Part shown: positions 50,528-62,611 of the stretch, piece by piece
Numbering within the stretch: position 1 is the first letter of the stretch
Layout of the letters: each line of letters opens with the position of its first letter
NCBI RefSeq assembly: GCF_001194135.2
Contig: NC_068987.1
Coordinates: 51,246,900 to 51,310,899 of the forward strand
Source: Octopus bimaculoides
Lineage: Eukaryota
Direction of reading: 5' to 3'
Length of the DNA: 64,000 bases
The notes under the pieces: model-generated
Databases searched by the model: none
The model's input: the letters and a program-made list of their open reading frames with translations, nothing else
Told to the model about the DNA's origin: nothing
Made by a program: the position numbers and the translations under genes

Positions 50528-50981
50528 TAGACACACACACACACACACACACACAGATATATACATGTGCGTGTGTACTAATTTAATTTGGTATGAACCC
50601 GAGATTTAACCCTCTTAAGCTCATCCACCGGTATTGACCATCAGACACAGACAGTAATATTTGATAAGACTCTATACATATGTGTGTGTATGTGTGTGTA
50701 AATGCATGTATTATGTGAAGCAACCAACACTTAGTTTTCGCTGATGTAGAGAAGGGAAATTTCTCGAAGTTGAAGAATTACTGGGCTTGATGGCAAACGG
50801 TAATATTACTGGTGCTAAACGTTTTAATGCATGGAGCACAAATAAGATTTAAAACATTACGACAATGTAAAGAAGTGTTTTCTCCAAGAATTATAATAAT
50901 ATATATTGGTAAAAACTGATACGGTCCACTTGATTAAAGCTCACTACTAAGAGACCATTTAACAATCACTGTTATAGTAAT

Positions 50982-51954
50982 TTGTTCGAACATTGGATAA
51001 GCGTCGACATAGTGAGAGCATAGGAAAATTTAAAGTCCCCTTGTGCAGCAGAAAGTGAAAATGAGATGCTAAAGAAGGTTGAAATGATTTGATAATTTAT
51101 TGCATTCATTCCCCATATTTGATGCAATCTACTTCGGAATGTGCTTTATATAAAGGTGATTGAATCTATGGTCGTTGATGAAGTTCTGACAATCAAACAT
51201 GCTAAATATATCTATATATGTATATATATATATATATATNNNNNNNNNNNNNNNNNNNNNNNNNNNNNNNNNNNNNNNNNNNNNNNNNNNNNNNNNNNNN
51301 NNNNNNNNNNNNNNNNNNNNNNNNNNNNNNNNNNNNNNNNNNNNNNNNNNNNNNNNNNNNNNNNNNNNNNNNNNNNNNNNNNNNNNNNNNNNNNNNNNNN
51401 NNNNNNNNNNNNNNNNNNNNNNNNNNNNNNNNNNNNNNNNNNNNNNNNNNNNNNNNNNNNNNNNNNNNNNNNNNNNNNNNNNNNNNNNNNNNNNNTGATT
51501 GTCTGAACTTCATCAACGACCATAGATTCAATCACCTCTATATAAAGCACATTCCGAAGTAGATGGCATCAAATATGGGGAATGAATGCAATAAATTATC
51601 AAACCATTTCAACCCTCTTTAGCATCTCATTTTCACTTTCTTATTTCTTCATTGCCCAGAAGGGGCTAAATATAGAGGGGACAAACAAGGACAGACAAAG
51701 GGATTAATTCGATCACATCGACCCCAGTGCGTAACTAGTACTTAATTTGTCGACCCCGAAAGGATGAAAGGCAAAGTTGACCTCGGAGGGATTTGAACTC
51801 AGAACGTAACGGCAGACGAAATACCGATAAGTATTTCACCCGATGTTCTAACGATTCTGCCAGCTCGCCGCTCATTTTCACTTTCTGCTGCACGAAGGAA
51901 CTTTAAAGTTTCCTATGCTTTCACTATGTCGACGCTTATCCAATGTTCGAACAA
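50982..51954. repeat. Long inverted repeat around a gap; right arm interrupted by a SINE
   Basis: 50982-51196 is the reverse complement of 51497-51641 plus 51887-51954. Confidence 0.85.
51642..51870 (-). mobile_element. SINE family 1, full length, with 16-bp TSD
   Basis: TSD CTCATTTTCACTTTCT at 51626-51641 and 51871-51886. Confidence 0.9.
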
Positions 51955-52577
51955 GAAAAAGAAGCATTGAACCTCCACTAATTAATTATGTATTTGAGGT
52001 CAGAATTTATTGTACTATGAATGTAATGTGACCGTGAACGTATTTATGTGAACAAGGTTATATGACACTATGCAGCGTATCAGGTAACATTGTTCCTTTA
52101 AGGGTGTCGGTACGTTTCTTCAATTAACATCATGGTATATGTGATCAATGTATATTAGTGAATATAATTCGCATTCAAGGACTTTACTGGTATGCCTATT
52201 CAAAGATAAAGAACAAAAAGAATACAATAGTAATCTGCATGGCAGTGTTTTATCTAAGAAAACAAACAATTCTATATATTACAAAACATATTTTCTACCT
52301 TTCGATTCATGCTACCTACATGCAGTAAATATAGTTATTTCTAAATGTTGATAAGGAGCAGCCAAATAAAAAGAACTTAAATGAATATTTAAAGGGGTAT
52401 TCACACACACATACACTCACATATATATATGTATATATGTTATCACATGCGTGTTTATGTATGGATAAATATGTATGTGTGTGCATATACATATCTGGTA
52501 TAATGCACCATTTGCATCTGTAACAGCTACTAATATTCCACAGAAATTATTTGCTGCACTTAATAGATATTTCCTAC

Positions 52578-52653
52578 CTTTAATATTTGAAGTACGGGAA
52601 AGTATTTAATCGCCGTAGAGTAAAATGTTGCTATTTCGCCACCAGAATATTTG
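52578..52653 (-). CDS. Candidate small exon
   Basis: Acceptor CTAATTTCAG and donor AAG|GTAGGA; 76 nt; open frame KYSGGEIATFYSTAIKYFPVLQILK. Confidence 0.2.
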
Positions 52654-54386
52654 CTGAAATTAGTCGAAAGGTAAGCTACTATGTATGGCCATGAACTCTC
52701 CGGAAAACCCTATATATATATATATATATATATACGTGCATATGTGTGTAATGGGAAGGATAACATTAAACATACGTTTATATTCTTCTTAATGTTTAAA
52801 GCCCTGGACATAGTTATCTGTAACGTACTACAATTGAGTTTTCTCTAAGGAACTATTGTAGTTGATCATCTATATGTGTTTGGAATATCTATTGCAAGTT
52901 TCTAAACATCCGCAATAGTGAAAAGTGCATAGGAACTTTAATACTGACTTCTGTATATTCTAATATTCCTACGTTTGCTTTGTAGGTTATAACTAGAAAT
53001 ACTACTCAGTATACAATTTACCTAACAACTGTACAAAATGCAGAATGGACCTCTATACATAACAGTAGCAGTCACAGATCTACTTGTACACACAATTCCT
53101 ACTTATATATATACTATAACTTATATATATAAATATATATTATACGATATAATACATCGTGGTGTATATATATATATATATATATATNNNNNNNNNNNNN
53201 NNNNNNNNNNNNNNNNNNNNNNNNNNNNNNNNNNNNNNNNNNNNNNNNNNNNNNNNNNNNNNNNNNNNNNNNNNNNNNNNNNNNNNNNNNNNNNNNNNNN
53301 NNNNNNNNNNNNNNNNNNNNNNNNNNNNNNNNNNNNNNNNNNNNNNNNNNNNNNNNNNNNNNNNNNNNNNNNNNNNNNNNNNNNNNNNNNNNNNNNNNNN
53401 NNNNNNNNNNNNNNNNNNNNNNNNNNNNNNNNNNNNNNNNNNNNNNNNNNNNNNNNNNNNNNNNNNNNNNNNNNNNNNNNNNNNNNNNNNNNNNNNNNNN
53501 NNNNNNNNNNNNNNNNNNNNNNNNNNNNNNNNNNNNNNNNNNNNNNNNNNNNNNNNNNNNNNNNNNNNNNNNNNNNNNNNNNNNNNNNNNNNNNNNNNNN
53601 NNNNNNNNNNNNNNNNNNNNNNNNNNNNNNNNNNNNNNNNNNNNNNNNNNNNNNATAAATGCATATATCCATGTATATATAATATATAAATCTACACAAC
53701 ACCAACGTAGTCGTATTTTAACAATGTCGTTTTTATATTCTTTCTATTTTTCTAGAGAAGTACTTTTATGTTTGTACAACATTCAGCAGGTGAATATTTA
53801 TAGAGTAACATTTATATTCAGATAAATATTTACATAACAACATTATACAGACAGAGATGTAAATGAATATTCCCATTTAAATAGTAACAGTGTCTGGAAC
53901 GAAATGGTAGCAGTAGGTGGTGAAAGAGAGATGAAGTCTACAATTTTGGGAGATAATATTATTTCAAATTAAAGCAAATTTAAAAGAGCATTACTGTCCA
54001 TTTCAGCATCAGTAACACTGATTCCTTTTGCTATTCTCTTAAGCTCAAATGCGTAATAAACTAGACATACTACGGATAGATGTACTATTGTAGTATGGTT
54101 CTAGATGAGTACTTAACGGGATCCGCCTGGCATGAGGAATCTGTGACCAAAAACATCCTGGATCCAATAACACCGTTTACAACTCAATGCTTGGAATGAC
54201 CAATTTTAAATACTACTGGAAGTTACACACAGGGTACAGGATACTTATATGCATACTCTTCTGCTTAAATAATGGAACTGCAGATGCAATATCCCTGCAT
54301 ATCTCACGTCTGTTTTCATTCCTCCACCTCACTCTCTATTTCATATCTTTTCTAGAATAACTATTGCTTAATCATTTTCTCGCACC

Positions 54387-54434
54387 GTCTCCGATGAAGG
54401 GTTATATAAAATATCCCGGAAGCAGCTTTAAAAT
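54387..54434 (+). ncRNA. Hammerhead-ribozyme-like motif (more degenerate) in a PLE-like repeat
   Basis: GTCT-CCGATGA-A-GGGTTAT[ATAAA]ATATCCC-G-GAAG-CAGCTT-TA-AAAT. Confidence 0.4.
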
Positions 54435-54947
54435 CTCTTTATAAATGTTCTGAAATCTTTCACAGCCTTGTATTTTTATCTCATTCTGTTAATGTTGTAN
54501 NNNNNNNNNNNNNNNNNNNNNNNNNNNNNNNNNNNNNNNNNNNNNNNNNNNNNNNNNNNNNNNNNNNNNNNNNNNNNNNNNNNNNNNNNNNNNNNNNNNN
54601 NNNNNNNNNNNNNNNNNNNNNNNNNNNNNNNNNNNNNNNNNNNNATATATATATATATAGGTGAGTTTCCAAAGACATTTTATCCGGGCGGATACCGTAT
54701 TAGCTCTTAATTAAGATTCAGTCAATAGAAAACCAACAATTCCGTATTTAGGAGTTTGACTACAAATTGTTGCTAGACATTCCGTGCATTCTTTCGAGGG
54801 ATTATTCCGTGCACACTTCGCTGGACGGTACAAATTGTCTGGCGTATATATTATCATTAATAATATTAGGGAGACTTGATAGTATGGAGACTTGCACATC
54901 CATAAAATTTATTTTATAGTTATATACAACGTATTATAATGACCTAC

Positions 54948-55051
54948 CCTTGTTTCCGCTGCAGCGACTTCTCACTGTTGCAAATGTAACTTTGCATCAT
55001 TGTAGGTGCACATTCATCAGGGTCCGGCAGTTTGGTTATCCTCGATGTGAA
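54948..55051 (-). CDS. Candidate small exon
   Basis: Acceptor TATTTATTTCCATCAG and donor GG|GTAGGT; 104 nt; GC-richer than the flanks; single open frame FTSRITKLPDPDECAPTMMQSYICNSEKSLQRKQ. Confidence 0.25.
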
Positions 55052-55254
55052 CTGATGGAAATAAATATTTGTTAGTTAGTGTTCTGTAGTAGGTGGCGGA
55101 TGTGGGGTTATATATAAGTATGCGCTGCTGGCCTCAAATTCAGACGATTCGGGAATTTGATTCAGTATGTTAGATTTGTGACATGCGATTTATACTTGAA
55201 ATTGTAAATATTTTTTCGCGGGCTTTGGGGTGATATGGTTACAACATGTGGATA

Positions 55255-55405
55255 TCTATATAACGGTTCGGCAAAAGAGACCGATAGAATAAGTACTAGG
55301 CTTCCAAAGAATAAGTCCTGGGGTCGATTTGCTCGACTAAAGGCGGTGCTCCAGCATGGCCGCGGTCAAATAACTGAAACAAGTAAAAGAGTGAAGAGTA
55401 AAGAG
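55255..55405 (+). mobile_element. 3' half of SINE family 2
   Basis: AACGGTTCGGCAAAAGAGACCGATAGAATAAGTACTAGGCTT...GGCGGTGCTCCAGCATGGCCGC...GAAACAAGTAAAAGAG. Confidence 0.85.
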
Positions 55406-55895
55406 TATATATGTACGACAGAAATAGTAATCTCACTTGGTGTGAAGTTATCGCTGGTGTTTAGAAAAATACTAGTATTTGTCAAAAAATATGTTTAAGT
55501 TTTTCGGTTGTTGTTTGCATTGAAGAAGCGTTGGATTGGTAATTGAACACTTTCATTTATCACTTTCTTTGATAACAGCCAAATTTGTTTGGGGAGATTA
55601 AAAATATTATGGCTATGTGGATTATGGGTAACTACAAAATGTACAGTTTTGTGTTCCATCGGTTGTCACAAGTCGTTTTATAGATTTTCGCGTTGTAGAA
55701 CCTCTACCAGTTTGTCTAGGTAGTGGTGGATATTTAACTTGAGTAGTAATCTTTTGATCTCTGCAAGTTGCTTTTCTTTCATAAATACAACATCAACCTG
55801 AAAAAACATATCATGCTAAACATTATCTGATGTTACGTTTGGTAAGTGCTGAATGACAACATTTAATGGACAAGTACTGATGAGAATCTAATCTG

Positions 55896-55946
<51 letters not shown>

Positions 55947-56270
55947 CATCTACCCANNNNNNNNNNNNNNNNNNNNNNNNNNNNNNNNNNNNNNNNNNNN
56001 NNNNNNNNNNNNNNNNNNNNNNNNNNNNNNNNNNNNNNNNNNNNNNNNNNNNNNNNNNNNNNNNNNNNNNNNNNNNNNNNNNNNNNNNNNNNNNNNNNNN
56101 NNNNNNNNNNNNNNNNNNNNNNNNNNNNNNNNNNNNNNNNNNNNNNNNNNNNNNNNNNNNNNNNNNNNNNNNNNNNNNNNNNNNNNNNNNNNNNNNNNNN
56201 NNNNNNNNNNNNNNNNNCATCCATGCATCCATCTATCCATCCATCCATCCATCCATCCATCCATCCATCC

Positions 56271-56331
<61 letters not shown>

Positions 56332-57898
56332 CCTATCTATCTATCTATCTATACATACATACATACATACATACGTGATATTTGTATATACATACGTATA
56401 CACCCACCCACTCACTCCACATATGTATTAGGAGAGCGTGAGAGAAATATCCGATTAAACTATTTTAGATAAAATATATAGATCCGCAAAAGGAGAAGAT
56501 AGTCATTCATATACACCGTCAATCCATTGTAATTTTTGACATTATAGTTGGATGTTTTGGAATAATGTTATACTGACGATGTTGGGCCAATGAAACAAAT
56601 TTCCCAGAAATTCTAGTCACAGTGTGAAAAGTCGAACCATTATAACATATTAACGCAAAGATAAAAGAAAGTGTGAAACAATTTTGGAACTTGTAATAAT
56701 AAAATTGTTGAGAATGCGGTAATTTATTAAGACAATTCCATTACAGTCTTCTAAAAGAAAGGCAAAGAAACGTATTTAAACATACACTACATGTCGCAGA
56801 GTACTGAACGTTCTCCAATTATCTTAATATTGAAGTCATCATCACAAAAAAGAACTTCTGTCATATTAGAAATAACTTCCAAATCGCCCTCATATTTTTC
56901 TGTGAAATCTTAATATAATTAAGATATTTGGATCATTAATAATGTACTTCTGATTAGTGTACAGTTTGTCTTTGACCAGTGCCTTGTTTATTGCAGATTA
57001 GCATGATCTCAGGTAAATTTAATGAGGTGATTAGCAAGAATGTTTTGGTTTGGTGTCCTCTTCCTTTTTCAGGCAATCAGGATCTGAGAAAAGACCAGAA
57101 TACTTTTCTGTCAGATGTAAAATCATGCAAAGGTTTTGACACTCTCCAACATGGAAATACATTAAAATACGGAAAATATAGGGAAACCAGTGTGATACAA
57201 TTATAAACACACGGCATGCACTTTTCTTAACACAAAAAAAAAATGACCTGAGGAAATAAAGTCTATAAATACTTAAAATACACAGCATGCAACCTGAAAA
57301 ATGCAACAGACTAGCAACAATGTTACAGACCTTGTACACATAAAGGAATTAGCAAATTAAGCAATAGTTACTCTAGTCGCAGAAATATCTTCTTCGGCTG
57401 ATGACAGATAAGAAAAGAATAAAATTCGTCACTAACGACCCTGTATTACAAAATTGTAATCTCCCTCGAAATATTTTTATATACGACTTTCTGGTGCCAA
57501 GACAAAATACTGATTTTGGCATACGCACTTTTAATTTTACTGTAGAATTAAATTTTTATATTCTCACATTTAACCTATATTATGCATTTTATTGATTTCC
57601 CTGCAGACATTTGTGTAAGCTCTGTACACTAAGTTACTTTTGAATAGTTTTGATTATTTTTATCATTTGATTTCAGTCATAGGTTCATATAGCTGTCTCT
57701 CATTTATGTAGGTGAGGACATAGTTAATGATTGGAACAGTAAACAACTAAAATATATTTACATATGCGGTACAGAGCAAATATCAATTATATAGAAATAT
57801 AAGGGCTTATAACGTTTACAAACACAAGTAAACTCTCTTTTTCATTTTCTCCCTCTCTATTTGAATAATACATAAAAATTCTCCACTGAAGTATAGTC

Positions 57899-58184
<286 letters not shown>

Positions 58185-58185
<1 letters not shown>

Positions 58186-58395
58186 TTCTACTATAGACAT
58201 AAGACATGAAACTCTGAGGGAGTGGATAGTAGATAACATCGGTTACAGTATTTTACTGCTACTTTAATTAATCGACTCCGAATGGATGAAATGTAAAATT
58301 GACCTCGGCCTGATTTGAACTCAGAATGAAAACAGTCATGAAAATATTCTACGATTTATTTATTTCGATGATCTAACAATTTTCCACGTCCATCA
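58185..58395 (-). mobile_element. Degenerate SINE family 1
   Basis: Plus strand ATCGACTCCGAATGGATGAAATG...GACCTCGGCCTGATTTGAACTCAGAA matches the other copies. Confidence 0.65.
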
Positions 58396-58404
58396 TTTTC
58401 ACAA

Positions 58405-58614
58405 TAACGTTTACAAATTTTGGCACAAGCCAGCAATTTTAGTGGTGAGGTATAGTCGATAGTTTAGACCCCAATGTTCAATTGTTACTTATTTTATTGA
58501 CTCCGAGATTACGAAATACGAAGTTGACCTCGGTAGAATTTGAAATTAAAACGTAAAGAACCGAAACAAAAGCTGCGGAATATTTTGTCTGATGCTAACT
58601 AGTCTGCCATCTCG
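58405..58614 (-). mobile_element. SINE family 1 body, resuming after the Tx1-like insertion
   Basis: Starts CGAGATGGCAGACTAGTTAGCATC (about SINE position 6 onward) and continues with the family body. Confidence 0.75.
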
Positions 58615-58725
58615 ATTTCTTTTATTTAGGGACATGGCCTTTATAAAGAGGGTCACCACAAGGACAGACAAAGCAAGACATTGGGGTACACATAAAACAC
58701 ATATCGAATGCACTATGACTATGAT
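58615..58725 (-). mobile_element. 3' UTR/tail of Tx1-like type A element
   Basis: Reverse complement TGTGTACCCCAATGTCTTGCTTTGTCTG...GGCCATGTCCCTAAATAAAAGAAAT matches 16130-16208. Confidence 0.75.
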
Positions 58726-59832
58726 CCCCCCCCTGTGTGTGGCCTTGACGTGGCAGGGAGGCTTGCGTACTCTCATGATCCCTAGAGCATGTGCCAGTGG
58801 GGGAATGTTCACTTGGTAGGTTCAACCTTGCTGGTGTGGTCGAAGAGGAGGTGTCAGACTAAGGTATACACATCGACCCTCCAGATTCGGAGGTTGTGCT
58901 ATTGGCTAACACCCTATACACGTAAAAGAAAAATACATGCTATAGAAACCGACAACAATTCATTTAACACTAATTCAGTTCTTGGGAGAACCAGAGTTCC
59001 GATTCAGAGACTGATGATGCGCTGTATCCAAACCCCGTCAAGAAGCTACTGGGCTGAGGACAACCTTGAAGGGCGATTCAAAGCTGCTCTCACAGAAGAA
59101 GCACATCCTTCTTGGAACCTGGAATGTGAGAACACTTCAAGAGACAGGAAGGTGCGCACAAGCGGTGGGGGAGATGCACCAGTATCACCTCACGCTACTC
59201 GGCATGTGTGAAGTAAGTTGGAACTTCTTCGGAGAGATCAAATTAGAGACGGGCAAAACACTTCTCTACTCGGGTAAAGGCAATGAAGAGGACCAACATG
59301 AAGCTGGGGTAGCGCTGTTGAAGGGAACAGCAAGGAGTCTGATGGAGTGGGAACCGGTGTCTGATCGCATCATCACGGCCAGGTTTGAGTACGGGTTCCA
59401 ACAAGTGTCCATCATTATGTGTTATGCATCTACAAATAATGCGCAGGAGAACACAAAAGAGCTGTTATACTCCCAGTTACAGACAGTGGTAGACAGGATT
59501 CCTAGAACAGACATGTTGATTCTTATGGGAGACATGAATGCTAAAGTTGGAAGTGACAATAGTGGAAGAGAGAGAGAGAATGATGGGAAGAAATGGCCTC
59601 GGAGTGATGAATAAAAACGGGGAACTCCTAGCTGATTTCTGTGCTGCCAATCCTCTTCCCACACAGACGTTGCCTTAAAGCCACCTGGGTATCACCAGAA
59701 CAGCAGACGGAAAACCTGATGGACCATATTGTAGTTCGGCAATGGTGGAGGAGTTCACTTCAAGATGTGAGAACCAAGCGAGGAGCAGATAGTGGATCGA
59801 ATCACTATCTGGTGATAGCGAAACTCAAGGTT
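58726..59832 (+). mobile_element. RTE-clade LINE 5' UTR plus AP endonuclease, 3' part deleted
   Basis: GTWNVRTL, LGMCEV.W, YSG, WEPVSDRIITARF, YAST, LMGDMNAKVG, TWVSP, DHI, DVR.KRGAD.GS.H.LV.AKL. Confidence 0.9.
59066..59832 (+). pseudogene. RTE AP-like endonuclease domain (frameshifted)
   Basis: ORF-track frames 59066-59614 and 59641-59850 carry the catalytic APE motifs. Confidence 0.85.
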
Positions 59833-60523
59833 CACCCCCGTAGTCTTTGACATTTTGAAAACTTCTGCTTCTTCCTCTGTATGATAGAAGATGGCTGTCA
59901 CCAGCCATGCCTCGTCAATTTCAGGGGGTACTCTACCTATCGTTACTCTGGTCACATATTTGCCACAGTAAGTAGGTTGTAGTGCCCACTCCGCTGATTT
60001 CAAGGCTACAGTTGAGTACTTCTTTGCTTCATTTTCGTTTACGAAGCGCGCCTCCACTGTGCCGGACTTCCATCCTCTGGTGTAGAATGTAGTCTCTTCT
60101 TGCACCTCTTTCAAACATTCCTCTATCATTTCTACGGCTGCTATCTCTACTTTCTTCGACGCTATGTTTAGCGTTCTATAAATGATAGTTGTCTTTTGGT
60201 ATTCTCAATAACTTCCTTGGGAGGCGTTAGTCTGAGACTGTCTCCCTTCTTTTGTATTTCTTGAAATCCTTGTCTTTGATTTCTATTTCACCATGGAGTA
60301 TCTCCGCTGACAGGCTTTTGCCAGTCACCGCAGTATAACCCTGTTTGTACTTGTCTATTCTCCATGATAATGTTCTTCACAGCTTCGCCCATACATGGGG
60401 AAGACAAATAAAAATTCCAACAAATTCAAGTAGTAACAATAATTCAACAATTCAAGAAATAACAGGTTAACAATAACAGGACTCACATGGAGCATACACA
60501 CTTTCTACTCAAAAATAAGGACA
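59833..60523 (-). mobile_element. Tx1-like type A element 5' UTR plus ORF1 N-terminal half
   Basis: FYTRGWKSGTVEARF, RVTIGRVPPEIDEAWLVTAI; homologous to 16250-16935. Confidence 0.85.
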
Positions 60524-60546
60524 AACGTTTCTGCCAGCTCACCACC
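60524..60546 (-). mobile_element. First 23 nt of SINE family 1 head (5' flank of the insertion)
   Basis: GGTGGTGAGCTGGCAGAAACGTT. Confidence 0.7.
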
Positions 60547-62611
60547 TAAGACCACACTTATCATAATAATTATTTTTTGATTTTGGAAGAGTGCTACCAA
60601 TTTTGAAAGTAGAATGCTAGTCTATACCTTCGTCACGAGAACATGATTGCTAATTTATTTCAGCGAGCTAGGAGGGATGGAATTTAAAATTAATTTGAAA
60701 AATGTGATCAGTGAGTTTGAAATTAATATGAAGAAAAAAAAAACTCGGAACAAATGTCACAAAATATTTATTTCGACGCTCCTCTGTAAATACAAAGATT
60801 TTAAATTTTAGTACCATGTCACTAATTTTCTGGGAGAAATTATCGTAGATAAATTTGATTTTAATACCTGACTGATAGCTATTTTAGTGCCAAGAAAGAC
60901 CAAATAGTAATTTGAACTCACTTACATGGTGCATCATAACAGGGAGGAGTAGAACGAAAAACATTTTGCAATTCCTTTTGTTCGGCATATCTGAAACAGT
61001 TGGGCATTGGACTAAATGAAATGCGATGTTTAGTTGCCTCTTTATCATCCAGCATTCAAATTGTGTCGCGAGATGTGGATGATTGTCTTTAATCCTTTAA
61101 CCTACTCGGTAAAATTTTTACCATCTAACTATTGAGGACGATTTAATCGACCACAATTTTTCCTCTTTACATTTTGGTCTTCTGCCTATTATTACGAACA
61201 TGCCACTGAATGCTTGATATTTGGATCCAATTCAACGATATTCCTGTTGATAATTCCCTTCAGAATTTATCTAATATATTAGTTAATATTGAAGCATCGC
61301 ATGGTACATAGAAACTGATGACGTCGGCTGGAATGTAAAGAAAAATACTGCTGTCCTGAAACATGAGCTAATCTCCAGGGAACTGATATTTCAATGAATA
61401 AAGTACTGGTGAAATCTAAATATGTTTATGTCCATCTTTCTGCATTACACTTAATCACTTCATTTTGTTCCTCTATGAAATCCTTTCACAGTTCCAACCA
61501 GAACACCCAAGTACTTCACCCTGGATGCTAGCAGAAATAAAGAAACTATCAGCATCAATCACCTGAAGAAGACTCCCATTGAGCGAGAGGCCACTTTATC
61601 ACCTCATCAAGCCAACCCACCTGCATCATTACATTTTTCTGCAGGCACCTTCACACCACAGACACAGGCAAGTACATTAAAACACAACACACACTATTTG
61701 AAGTGGATAATCACTACGACTCATTCTTTTTCACATACTGGCACTTCTAGCTTCATTGAATAAAACGATTTTATATTCATATATTTCATTGATTTCCCTA
61801 GCGACGATTTTCTAAGCAAGGCACACCAAGTTGTGTTTCAATTGTTTTCCATACTAATGTCAGATTCTAGTTTCAGTTTCCTATTTAAGTACGTGAAAAC
61901 ACAGTTAATGATTAGAGCATTAAATACTAACGTATATTCATATATGCGGTAAAAACATAACAAACAATATTTGTTGACGATGGGTGTTATTATTCCTATC
62001 TTATTTATTTTCAGCAGCATATAACCTTTCTTCAACTTGTAGAATTATTGATTAATTTCCTAAGTAGGTATCATAAATTGTACACTCATAGGCGTGAAAT
62101 GCGAGTAATATTTACAGATTGCAGTTTTCTTGAAAGTGATCTGTGTATATATAATTATGATAGTCAAATTGTATTCCGTGATGAAACAATGGAAATCTAT
62201 TCCTCTTTGAAGGACAAAAAAAAATCTTAATATATTATTACCTCTAATATAAGGATAAAATTTTATCAGCAGCCAGGATATGAAAAATACATTTTAAGGT
62301 GAAAAGTATACAATTATAAATAAGGGCAAAAAGAAAAAAAAATCTATTTGCCAATATACTGGAAAAAGACGCTAAATTGACGATTTAGCGTCTATTTTTC
62401 AGCATATTGGCAAAGAAAATGTTTTCTTTTTCACTTTATTTATAATAATATATCATTATTAATATTTATTCAATTCAAATGTGAATATATCTCAAATATT
62501 AGCCAATGGAATTCGATAGGGCTTTTAACGTTTGTGGTTAACATGTTCTATTCACAACAACTGAATTTCGGGNNNNNNNNNNNNTATATATATATATATA
62601 TATATATATAT

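Noticed and set aside
57031-57339. 102-aa ORF with a W.PY TM6-like word
   Set aside because: No TM7 NPxxY-like motif or upstream TM exons; probably a chance AT-rich ORF.
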